Part shown: positions 37,901 through 45,973 of the stretch, piece after piece | How the letters are laid out: every line of letters begins with the position of its first letter | Position numbering within the stretch: position 1 is the stretch's first letter | Assembly: GCA_048623335.1 (NCBI GenBank) | Contig: JBMCBU010000001.1 | Span: 1-45,973 of the forward strand | Direction: 5' to 3' | DNA length: 45,973 bases | Source of the DNA: Halapricum sp. | Lineage (GTDB): Archaea > Halobacteriota > Halobacteria > Halobacteriales > Haloarculaceae | The notes under the pieces: generated by a model | Told to the model about the DNA's origin: nothing | Database searches by the model: none | What the model saw: the letters and a program-made list of their open reading frames with translations, nothing else | Translations under genes and position numbers: made by a program

Positions 37901-38857
37901 ATGGACGTTCAGGACGCGTCGCTGGCCTGTCGGAACGTGCTCGAACGGGTGGGCGAGGCCGTCGTCGCCGACGAACAGTTTCTGGAGACCGTCTTGATCG
38001 GTGTGCTCGCTCGCGGACACGTGCTGCTCGAGGACGTCCCGGGCACGGGCAAGACGCTGACGGCTCGAAGCTTCGCGAACGCGCTCGGACTGTCCTTCCG
38101 GCGGGTGCAGTTCACGCCGGATCTCCTGCCGGCGGACATCACCGGATCGAGCATCTACGACAAGTCGACCGGTGACTTCGAGTTCTCGCCCGGCCCGGTA
38201 TTCGCCAACGTCGTCCTGGCCGACGAGATCAACCGTGCGCCCCCCAAGACGCAGGCGGCACTGCTCGAAGCGATGGGCGAAGGCCAGGTCACTGTCGACG
38301 GCGAGACACGCGACTTGCCAGAGCCGTTTTTCGTCATCGCGACACAGAACCCGATCGAACAGGAGGGGACATTCGCACTCCCGGAGGCCCAGCGTGACCG
38401 CTTCGCCGTCAAGACCGAACTCGGCTATCCCGATCGGATCGGCGAGCGCGAACTCATCGACCGGCGAGCCGACCGCGACACCAAGATGCCGAGCGTGCGG
38501 CCCGTGCTCGAAGAGCGAGCTGTCCCGGATCTGCAGGCCGTCCCCGAGACGATCCGCGTCGACGAGAAAATCCGAGACTACGTCGTCGACCTGGGTCGGG
38601 CGACTCGCGAGGACGCGCGCGTCGAGGTCGGCGTCTCCCCGCGTGGCGTCCAGCGACTGTTCGAGACGGCCCGTGCGAGCGCGGTCCTCGCCGGGCGCGA
38701 GTACGTCGTCCCCGACGACGTCAAGCGCGTCGCCGGGCCGACGCTCCGGCATCGGCTCGTACTCACCTCCGAGGCCAGCGTCAGGGGCGTCGATCCCGAC
38801 GACGTACTCACCGACGCGCTCGATGACGTCCCGGTCCCGGCCGTCGCCGACGAGTGA
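37901..38857 (+). CDS. moxR: MoxR-family AAA+ ATPase
   Basis: GHVLLEDVPGTGKT, RVQFTPDLLPADITG, LADEINRAPPKTQAALLEAM, ATQNPIE and LPEAQRDRF. Confidence 0.95.
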   Translation: MDVQDASLACRNVLERVGEAVVADEQFLETVLIGVLARGHVLLEDVPGTGKTLTARSFANALGLSFRRVQFTPDLLPADITGSSIYDKSTGDFEFSPGPVFANVVLADEINRAPPKTQAALLEAMGEGQVTVDGETRDLPEPFFVIATQNPIEQEGTFALPEAQRDRFAVKTELGYPDRIGERELIDRRADRDTKMPSVRPVLEERAVPDLQAVPETIRVDEKIRDYVVDLGRATREDARVEVGVSPRGVQRLFETARASAVLAGREYVVPDDVKRVAGPTLRHRLVLTSEASVRGVDPDDVLTDALDDVPVPAVADE

Positions 38858-38870
38858 CGACAGCCATCGA

Positions 38871-40388
38871 TCAGCGGCTCGCGATCACGAGCAACAGCAG
38901 CCCGGCGACCGCACCGACCAGCGCCGGGACGCCCAGGGCGCTGTCCACGGCGGCCGCGTCGGTCGCGCGTTCGATCGCGAGCGCGACGCCGACCGCGACC
39001 GCACCGACCAACACCGTGCCACCGGCGTGGACCAGTTCGATCCGGATCGTACTCGCTCGCGTGCCGAGTTCGTCGCCGAGACCGACGCCGAACGTCCCGA
39101 CATCCCAGGCGACGAACGCCGCGACCGTCCCGACGAGTGCGAGCCGGAGGTCGATCCCCATCGTCGCGGCGAACGCCGTCACGACGACGGTGCCGCTGGC
39201 CGCCAGTGCTACCCCACTCCCTCGATCCGCGAGCAGACCGAGAACAGCGCTCACGAACAGACCTGAGAGGATCGCCAGCGTCAGCCCGGACAGCCCGGTC
39301 GTGATCATGAGCGCGAGAGCGGTCTCACCGTAGACGGCAGTCACCTGGGAGGATAGCTCTTCGAACGGGCCGGCGAGTTGCGCCGGCAACCGGCGGGAGA
39401 GCTCCTCGATCAGCGTCGAGACGAGCGGTTCCCGGTAGCTGACGACCGCCGCGACGACCGCGCCGCCGCTCACATACGGCACGACAGCGAGCAGTGCCGC
39501 TCGCCCGGAGCCGCGATAGGCCCGCTTGAGCGCCCCAGTGAGAGCGAGTAACACGCCGTCGACCGCCAGCACGGCGACGAACAACCGGCGGAGCGCCGTC
39601 GCGCCAGTCAGCGCCCCCAACGCGTCTCGAAGGCCGTCGGGGAGCCAGGCGTACGGCGTCTCAGCGCTTGCGTCCAGCAACAGTGTCCCGAGAGCCACCG
39701 CGACGAGCGGGAGTGCAGCGATCTTGAGCGCGCGATCGAGCGCCGACAGCGTCTCGCGAACGTCGGCGAGTCGATCACCGAGTAGCGCCGCGAGCGGGAG
39801 CGCAATGACGGTCTCTCGTGTCAGGTACAACACGGCGATCGAGAGTAACACGAACGACGCGAGCGGGACCGACGCGGTCGGATCGAACACCCACGCACCG
39901 AACCCGCCGAGAACTGTCGCGGCTTCGGATCGCAAGGGCGCGAACCGAATCGCCAGCGCGGCCGCCATCCCCAGCCCCACGACGACAGTCGTCCGCGCTC
40001 CGGTCGCGACCCCACGAGACAGCACGTCCCGCGAGAGGGGATCCCGGATCGACAGGGCGGTACCGAACGCCGTCAGGCTCGCGCCGACGACCACGAACAC
40101 GGAACCGATCGGGAGTGTGTTGCGCAGTTGGCCGGCGAGCGCAAGCCCAGCGCCGGCGATCACGGCAGCACTGACGGCGGGAAGCGCGGGGCCAGCGAGC
40201 GCGACACCGACCGGCCTGAGACGGTCGCTAGCGAGCAACCCGAGCACGACAGCGAGCGTGACTGCACCGATCGCCGCGTACGCAGCGTCCCGTTCCAGCC
40301 CGACTGCGCGGACGAGTGTGCCGGTCGCGACGGCCGTGGCCGCCACGGCGACAGTCGTGCCGAACCGCGTCGGGCGCTGCTCGATCAC
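38871..40388 (-). CDS. Multi-pass membrane protein of the DUF58/transglutaminase operon
   Basis: GTG start overlapping the DUF58 stop, more than 10 hydrophobic helices, and a C-terminal AWDVG...LG.ELG....RIELVH motif. Confidence 0.75.
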   Translation of the reverse strand: MIEQRPTRFGTTVAVAATAVATGTLVRAVGLERDAAYAAIGAVTLAVVLGLLASDRLRPVGVALAGPALPAVSAAVIAGAGLALAGQLRNTLPIGSVFVVVGASLTAFGTALSIRDPLSRDVLSRGVATGARTTVVVGLGMAAALAIRFAPLRSEAATVLGGFGAWVFDPTASVPLASFVLLSIAVLYLTRETVIALPLAALLGDRLADVRETLSALDRALKIAALPLVAVALGTLLLDASAETPYAWLPDGLRDALGALTGATALRRLFVAVLAVDGVLLALTGALKRAYRGSGRAALLAVVPYVSGGAVVAAVVSYREPLVSTLIEELSRRLPAQLAGPFEELSSQVTAVYGETALALMITTGLSGLTLAILSGLFVSAVLGLLADRGSGVALAASGTVVVTAFAATMGIDLRLALVGTVAAFVAWDVGTFGVGLGDELGTRASTIRIELVHAGGTVLVGAVAVGVALAIERATDAAAVDSALGVPALVGAVAGLLLLVIASR

Positions 40389-41743
40389 GGAATCACTCCA
40401 GCGAGCGACCGATCGAGAACGACCTCCAAAGACTCGTCCGGGGGCCACTCGATGACGGTCACGCCGCGGAACTGCAACGCCGTGACCGTGTTCTGACGAC
40501 GGATCGCCACGACGCGTCCGCCCGGTGATTCGGAAACAGTCACGTCCGGGCTCAGCAGCGTCACGGGCACACCGTGCGTTCGCAGCGTCCCCGTCAGAGC
40601 AAGCGGTTCCTCGTCGAGCAGCGGTGACACCAGCAGAACCTGCGCGCCTGGCGGGAGCCGGGCCAGCAATCGCTCGGCGTAGTCGCTTTCGACTGTCCCG
40701 TTGCTTTCGACCGCCTGATCGCTTTGAGCCGGGCCAGCGGCCCGCATCGCCGGATCGGGAATCGCACTGGCGTCGCGTTCGACACCGGCGGCCGCCTCGA
40801 ACAGCGCTCTCGCGGCCGCGGCTGAACCGCCCTCTGCCGGTGGTTCGACCCACGGCAGTTCCGACTCACCGCGTTCGGAGAGGTCGGCGTCGTCGAGCCC
40901 GAGGACCGTCACGCCGACCTGATGGCCGCCGGACAGCAGTGCCTCGTAGACTCGCTCGCCCGCGTAGGCTGCGAGTCCGGCTCCGGTCGGATAGCCGGGA
41001 CGGGGAGCGACCCTGGCCGGCGGGCGCGCGTCGACGACGACGATCAGACGCGTGGCCTGCTCCTGGCGGAAGTTGATCGTCGAGAGTTCGTCGGTTCTGG
41101 CGAGTCGCCGCCAGTCCAGCCGGTTGATCGGATCGCCCGGCCTGTACTCCCTCGTCGAATAGAACTCCAGGCCCGGTCCGCCGGAGTCGGTCGGCAGGGT
41201 GCCGGTCCGGCGGTGGGCCGTCCGGTCGAGGGGCGTCCGGTCGACGGTCGTCGAACAGGACAACGTCGTCTCACCGCCGGGTTCGACGCTCGTCGTGACG
41301 ATCCGCGAGCCGCTGATCGACCGCGCCCGAACGACCGGCGAGTCGAAGGCGTACTCGCCGCGCTTTGCCATCACCGCGTAGGTGAACGCACGCGACTCCC
41401 CGGCAGGGGTCGTCAGTCCCGCCCGCGGCGTCCCATCGGTGACGGCAAGTTCGTCCGGGACGCCGTCGACGACCCGCAGATCCGGCAGGGTTCGATCGCC
41501 GCTGTTGGTGACCGTTACTGTCACCTCCACGGTCGAACCGGGTGTCGGAGCTGACGGCGACAGCGAACGCTCGATCTCGACAGTCGGCTCCGGATAGCGC
41601 GAGAACGCACCGTAGGCGACGTACGAAAGCGGGACGACCGCGAGCAGGAACGGTGCTGACGAGCCGTACAGGAGCCCGACGCTCACCAGCAGTAGCGTGC
41701 CGGCCAGACCGACGCTCCACCGGTGATGGCTGTGCCGTGTCAC
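40385..41743 (-). CDS. DUF58 / vWA-like protein
   Basis: N-terminal TM segments, Ig-like domain, G.GLEFYSTREYRPGDP.NRLDWRRLART and VVVDAR. Confidence 0.9.
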   Translation of the reverse strand: MTRHSHHRWSVGLAGTLLLVSVGLLYGSSAPFLLAVVPLSYVAYGAFSRYPEPTVEIERSLSPSAPTPGSTVEVTVTVTNSGDRTLPDLRVVDGVPDELAVTDGTPRAGLTTPAGESRAFTYAVMAKRGEYAFDSPVVRARSISGSRIVTTSVEPGGETTLSCSTTVDRTPLDRTAHRRTGTLPTDSGGPGLEFYSTREYRPGDPINRLDWRRLARTDELSTINFRQEQATRLIVVVDARPPARVAPRPGYPTGAGLAAYAGERVYEALLSGGHQVGVTVLGLDDADLSERGESELPWVEPPAEGGSAAAARALFEAAAGVERDASAIPDPAMRAAGPAQSDQAVESNGTVESDYAERLLARLPPGAQVLLVSPLLDEEPLALTGTLRTHGVPVTLLSPDVTVSESPGGRVVAIRRQNTVTALQFRGVTVIEWPPDESLEVVLDRSLAGVIP

Positions 41744-42336
41744 TGTTGAACCTGCGCTATCGCTTCGATCGTTCGGTTCACCCGCCGTCTCCGCTCGCGC
41801 TCGGGATCGAGCCAGCGGCGCAGTCGCGCGCCGAGCGGCTGCGTGGGCGACCCGAGAAAGGCCGCGGCGACCCGATCCGCTGTCCAGTAGCCGCGTTCGA
41901 CGGCCGCACGTGCCTCTCCGTGTTCCACTCCACGCTGTCGGACGAGCGTCTCGATCGCCGTCTCCCGCAGGGCGTCTCGGACGTTTCGGTCGGTACCGCC
42001 CTCCTCAGCCTCGCTGGTGTCGACATCCCCGTCGAGATGCCGATCGAACGCTTGGCCGGGCCGGGACGGCATCCGCGCGGTGACGGCTTCCGGTGGCCGA
42101 TCGATCATCGATCCGGCGCGTCCGTCCCCGCTCACCGAGAAGGCGAGCGTCGCCGCGCCGAGGCCGACGACCGCTCCCAACCCGGTCAACAGAAGCTCAG
42201 GACTCTCGGTCGGGAACGTCTCGGTCAGCACCCCGATCGGGCGGATCGACGAGACGGGTGCCGGTGCGATGACAAGTCCCAGGGCGAGGAGCGCACCGAG
42301 CAGACCCACAGTCCCGACGACACCCCGAAGCGTCAT
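41740..42336 (-). CDS. Membrane-anchored hypothetical protein (DUF7269-like)
   Basis: Two TM segments and A.ERG.WT.D.VAAAFL. Translationally coupled on both sides. Confidence 0.78.
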   Translation of the reverse strand: MTLRGVVGTVGLLGALLALGLVIAPAPVSSIRPIGVLTETFPTESPELLLTGLGAVVGLGAATLAFSVSGDGRAGSMIDRPPEAVTARMPSRPGQAFDRHLDGDVDTSEAEEGGTDRNVRDALRETAIETLVRQRGVEHGEARAAVERGYWTADRVAAAFLGSPTQPLGARLRRWLDPERERRRRVNRTIEAIAQVQQ

Positions 42337-45122
42337 GCTTCGTCACCTCCGTCCTGTTCGGACCGCGTTCGATCGAGCCGTTCGAGTGCCGACCGGACAG
42401 CCGGAAGCTGTTCGGCGGGCGTGTGCGCGCCGTATTCGACCGCCCGAAACGCGTCTCGAAGAGTCGCCACCGCGTCAGCCGGTAGTCCGTCCGTCTCGAT
42501 CGCGTGCACGGCGAGTTCGCCCGGCGTCTTCGTTTCGGGCTCGGTGACCGACACCTGCTCCAGGAACCGTTCCCAGCCTTCCCGGATCGTCGCTCGCGCC
42601 GTCGAAACGTCTGTCTCTGCTGAGCTATTGGCCTCCGACCACGGCGATCGAACCCCGTCAAACCAGTCTTCGAGCCGAGCAACTCGCCGTCTGACAACCG
42701 CCAGCAGCGCGTCTCGCGTCAGGTTCCCGGCCCACAACTCGCGCAGCGTTGTGACCGCCTGCTGGAACGCGTTGCTGGCGGCCTGGACGACTCTGTCGGT
42801 GGCCATGACGAGCCAGAACAGCAGGTACTGGGGGATCGCGAAGACGCCAGCGACGAGCCGATCGAGGACGAGGCCCGGACGGATCCCACGCCGACGTGCC
42901 ACGGCGGCGGCCCCGATCGGTCCCACGCCGATTGCGGCCAGGACGAGTGCCAGGTTCGCCCACAGGCCCGTAACGGACGCGGTCGCACGCTGGTCGTACA
43001 CCGTGGCAACGAGCGACGCGCTGTCAGCGAGTGGCAGTGTCGCAGACAGCGTCCCGTCGACGCCGGTCGTGCCGACACGCTCGCCGCCCATCGATACCGG
43101 GACGCCCGAGACCGTCTCGTTGCCGAGCTCGGCCGTCACTGTCACGCCTGTCCAGGGGAGCGCGACCGGAAGCTGTGGTTCGGCGTCGAGTACGAGTTCG
43201 TGCAACTGCAGCGTCCGGTTCCCGGAGACTTCGCCCCGCTGGACCGATAGTGTCGTCGTTCCGGGATCGGTCGGGAGCGTGATGTCGAGTCGCCCGGCCC
43301 CGTCGGTCGTGCCGATCGGCTCGCCGTCGTGTCGGACTGTCGCGTTCGGAATCGCCTGGCCCTCGACAGTCGCCGTCAGCGTGACCGTCCGTCCGGTCGC
43401 GACGGTCCCTGACACCGACAGCGTCGCGTTCGTCGGTACGTCGTAGCTCGAGTTCGTGACCGTCTGCGACGGGGCCTGGCTCGCCGACAGCCGGGCCGAT
43501 CGACCGGCGTACTGGCGGTCGTCACTCGCGACCCCGGCCGACAGGCCACCGAGCGTGTCTTCCCGGCCGACCGCGACCGCCTCTTGGTTTTGAATCGTCA
43601 CGTTGAGTCGTCGCTCGTAGGGAACTTCGCCGATGACTGTCCCGTCGGAGTCTGTCTCGCCGACCGGCTCGCCGTTGAACAGCACGACGACCCCCGAAAC
43701 GGCCGAGCCGTCGCGGGTGACCCGAACCGTCACGTTCCTGCCCGGCACGGGACGGTCCGAAAGCGACACATCGTAGGCGGAGCGTGGGTCGTCGGCGTCC
43801 GGATCCTGGCGGTCTTCGTCCGGGTCGGTCTCGTTTGCCGACCCATCGTCCTCGTCGGGGTCGGTCTCGTTTGCCTGTCTGTCAGTTTCCGACCCGTCGC
43901 TTCCGTTGAGATCGTCGCGCTCGTCCGTGTCAGCCCCCTGCTCTGTGGACGTCGGTTCGGCCACGGCTCCGGATTCGTTAGGACTGAACTGCTCGCCCGG
44001 ACTCCCCGTCTCGGTATGGTCGTACTCGTCGGCGTCGGGGTTCTGCTGTTGGAGTGCGTCCTCTTCGGCCTGCATGCGTTCCTGACCCGGCGTCGGGTCG
44101 AACTGCACCCAGCCCACGTCGGGGAAGTAGACCTCCACCCAGGCGTGAGCGTTCATCCCCCGGACAGTGTAGGTATTCTCGCCGGCGAGCTGGCCGGTCG
44201 AGTAGCCGACGGCGTAGCGGGCGGGGATCCCCTGGGTGCGTAACATCGTGACCATCGCGGTCGCGAAGTATTCACAGTAGCCCTCTTCCATCTCGAAGAC
44301 GAAGTCGCTGGCGACGGTGTCGCCGCCCGGATCGGAGACGTTCAGCGAGTAGGACTTGTTGGTCTCCAGCCACCGTTCGATCCGCACCGCAGTCTCGTAG
44401 GGCGTCCGGGCGTCATCGGTCAGCTGGCCGGTAAACTGCCACAGCCGGTCGGGCGTCGAACCGGGCAACTGGGTGTAGCGGTCTTCGATCGCCGTCGGAT
44501 AGTCGTCCCCGGCAGCCTCGAGTGTCTCCGGATCCTGAGGCGGGCGGACGCTCGTGGCCTCGTAGGCTGTTCCGGACTCGACGACTCGCGACCCGGCGAT
44601 CGATCGCTGGTCGGTCACCGTTATCTGGGTGTCGGTTTCGACCGTCCGTGGTCGCCACACCGTCGGGAGCGCGCTCGCCGAGCGGTTCAACTCCACACGG
44701 TAGGAGATCTGCCGGTCGACGAGACCCTCCGTCTCGATCGGTCCGTCGTACGACTTCGCGTCGTCGGAGCGATCCCACCCACCGCCGGTGTAGGTCTCGT
44801 AGGCCCCCGTACGCCAGTAGGCGGCCTCCGTCGACTCGACGACGAAGTGCGTCTCAGCGCTCTGGGAGCGCAGTGCGGACGTCTCGTTCTCGTCGAGACC
44901 GCCGACCGTCGTCGAATCGCCCGGATCGAGTGCTCCGAGCGCCCCGCTTGAACCACCACCGTCCCCCTGCTGTGGCACCAGCAGCGATTCGAGTGGCGCT
45001 GGCCCGAACGAGCCAACCAGCGTCGGGAGCAACAGCCCCGCCAGCACGACTGCTAGCACGCCACCGAGGACGAACACGGCACGACCGTACTCGCGACCGC
45101 TCGGGACGGCATCGGTCGTCAT
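42333..45122 (-). CDS. Membrane-anchored transglutaminase-like (TgpA) protein with Ig-like repeats and a DUF4129-like tail
   Basis: Catalytic triad GYCEYFA / HAWVEVY / FDPTP, YWR..AY..Y.G.GW, acidic linker, GxTD.DG repeats, and TPGE...F.AVEYG. Confidence 0.9.
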   Translation of the reverse strand: MTTDAVPSGREYGRAVFVLGGVLAVVLAGLLLPTLVGSFGPAPLESLLVPQQGDGGGSSGALGALDPGDSTTVGGLDENETSALRSQSAETHFVVESTEAAYWRTGAYETYTGGGWDRSDDAKSYDGPIETEGLVDRQISYRVELNRSASALPTVWRPRTVETDTQITVTDQRSIAGSRVVESGTAYEATSVRPPQDPETLEAAGDDYPTAIEDRYTQLPGSTPDRLWQFTGQLTDDARTPYETAVRIERWLETNKSYSLNVSDPGGDTVASDFVFEMEEGYCEYFATAMVTMLRTQGIPARYAVGYSTGQLAGENTYTVRGMNAHAWVEVYFPDVGWVQFDPTPGQERMQAEEDALQQQNPDADEYDHTETGSPGEQFSPNESGAVAEPTSTEQGADTDERDDLNGSDGSETDRQANETDPDEDDGSANETDPDEDRQDPDADDPRSAYDVSLSDRPVPGRNVTVRVTRDGSAVSGVVVLFNGEPVGETDSDGTVIGEVPYERRLNVTIQNQEAVAVGREDTLGGLSAGVASDDRQYAGRSARLSASQAPSQTVTNSSYDVPTNATLSVSGTVATGRTVTLTATVEGQAIPNATVRHDGEPIGTTDGAGRLDITLPTDPGTTTLSVQRGEVSGNRTLQLHELVLDAEPQLPVALPWTGVTVTAELGNETVSGVPVSMGGERVGTTGVDGTLSATLPLADSASLVATVYDQRATASVTGLWANLALVLAAIGVGPIGAAAVARRRGIRPGLVLDRLVAGVFAIPQYLLFWLVMATDRVVQAASNAFQQAVTTLRELWAGNLTRDALLAVVRRRVARLEDWFDGVRSPWSEANSSAETDVSTARATIREGWERFLEQVSVTEPETKTPGELAVHAIETDGLPADAVATLRDAFRAVEYGAHTPAEQLPAVRSALERLDRTRSEQDGGDEA

Positions 45123-45167
45123 CTGTCGTTCTCAGCGAGGGTGCGTGCGTACAAAACAGCTACGCTC

Positions 45168-45375
45168 ATCGGGGTGAGCGTAGCCGATCGGAGGAATGAG
45201 TGGTCAGCGTTACTTCTGAACGTCGAGTTTGTCGATTCCGGGTCACCGGTGTCCGTTTCTAGCTATGCAATGGACACCGAACGTGCAAACGTTGTGCAGA
45301 CCACTCCCACCTCCGATCGGGTGATGGATATCGACTTCCCGAGAGAAATCTATGGATTTCTACGCTAATCCCTCT
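45168..45375. mobile_element. MITE-like repeat family A, reverse copy interrupted by a 109-bp insert
   Basis: Left part gagcgtagccgatcggaggaat and right part ccacctccgatcgggtgatggata...ctacgctaatccct match the reverse complement of 10334-10432. Confidence 0.8.
45198..45306. mobile_element. Nested 109-bp element with its own terminal inverted repeats
   Basis: gagtggtc (45198-45205) and gaccactc (45299-45306), 10/11 match when extended. Internal hairpin cggtgtcc/ggacaccg. Absent from the other family A copies. Confidence 0.6.
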
Positions 45376-45398
45376 CAGCCGCCGACAGCGCGACGTAA

Positions 45399-45482
45399 TA
45401 GTGATCGGTGTGAGTCTGTTCCAGGTTAGTGATCGGTATGGGTCTGTTCCAGGTTAGTGATCGGTGTGAGTCTGTTCCGGGT
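45399..45482. repeat. Tandem triplication, 3 x 28 bp, of the family B left arm
   Basis: tagtgatcggt(g/a)tg(a/g)gtctgttcc(a/g)ggt at 45399, 45427 and 45455, with no spacers. Confidence 0.92.
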
Positions 45483-45534
45483 CGACCGCACGACTCCGTG
45501 CGGTCACACCGGTAGATCGCTACAACGAGCGCTA
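45455..45534. repeat. Palindromic repeat family B copy
   Basis: Central gaccgcacg-actc-cgtgcggtc hairpin, with arms homologous to 16634-16770 and 35805-35883. Confidence 0.8.
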
Positions 45535-45582
45535 TCAGCCTGGCAGAATTACTTTACCTCCGTCGCGAGAACCGGATTGTCG

Positions 45583-45939
45583 ATGGGCTATACCGACGCC
45601 GTACTCTCGACCGCCGCCGGGATCGCCGTCTTCGCACTCGTGTTCGTGGTGACCGTCCCGTTGATCGGATCGACGTTCCCGAACCCCGAGCAGGTGAGCA
45701 TGCCGGTCGCGCTCGGGTTCGGGATGGCTGCGATGACGGGGACGTACATGGGGCTGGCTGGACGAACACGTAGCCGGGAGTACCGACTCGCCTTCGCCAG
45801 TGGGGCCTTCGGTACGACCGTTCTCGGCGTGTTTCTCGTCGGCTACGGCGCGAGCGGTGACCCCCAGTTCGCGCTAGCGGCGGGCGCGGTCGCCGGGGCG
45901 CTGGCCGGGGTGGGCGTGCTCGTCGTGACACGCCGATAA
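45583..45939 (+). CDS. Small 4-TM membrane protein
   Basis: Hydrophobic ORF beginning MGYTDAVL..., with a TATA-like ctttac about 30 nt upstream. Confidence 0.65.
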   Translation: MGYTDAVLSTAAGIAVFALVFVVTVPLIGSTFPNPEQVSMPVALGFGMAAMTGTYMGLAGRTRSREYRLAFASGAFGTTVLGVFLVGYGASGDPQFALAAGAVAGALAGVGVLVVTRR

Positions 45940-45973
45940 TCGCGTGTGTCGAGGATGCCAACTCGACGAGCTC

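Noticed and set aside
40389-40853. N-terminal extensions in the ORF track (here, and e.g. 22229-22456, 35745-35954, 29420-29551)
   Set aside because: Extensions are Arg-rich, overlap neighbouring genes, repeats or promoters, and precede the conserved N-termini. Downstream starts were chosen.
43816-43875. Direct repeat encoding ANETDPDED twice
   Set aside because: Ordinary low-complexity acidic linker duplication inside the transglutaminase gene.
45399-45482. Possible mini-CRISPR (three 28-bp repeats)
   Set aside because: Repeats are contiguous with no spacers, there are no cas genes, and the unit is the arm of repeat family B.

Overview
GC-rich haloarchaeal (Halobacteria) chromosomal segment with acidic proteins and many apparently leaderless genes. 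It has about 45 genes, mostly housekeeping or metabolic: glycerate kinase, gcvT/gcvH, deoC, azf, mptD, NMD3, citrate synthase, Y-family polymerase, tpiA, aMBF1, a LUD lactate-utilisation pair, rtcB, a DASH cryptochrome, and a MoxR/DUF58/transglutaminase cluster. I found no rRNA, tRNA, CRISPR array or transposase. The strongest unexplained signal is a ~260-nt minus-strand intergenic segment (~10008-10273) with its own TATA box. By hand it folds into a long closing helix plus a multibranch core, making it a candidate large structured ncRNA. It lies upstream of, and co-oriented with, tbsP and an orphan E1-like/YcaO cyclodehydratase. The same TGCGTG-N7-CACG(C/T)A palindrome next to a TATA box also precedes a second hairpin-packed non-coding segment upstream of dinB. 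Other notable features are a TFB-derived protein with two TFB cores and a central winged helix but no Zn ribbon, a pilin/wHTH/membrane-pair/CheF module, a TTTCACTTTCA DNA-damage motif, two families of short non-autonomous repeats (with nested insertions), and two 28-bp tandem duplications. Family and DUF names are recognised from memory of sequence motifs, not from a database search.
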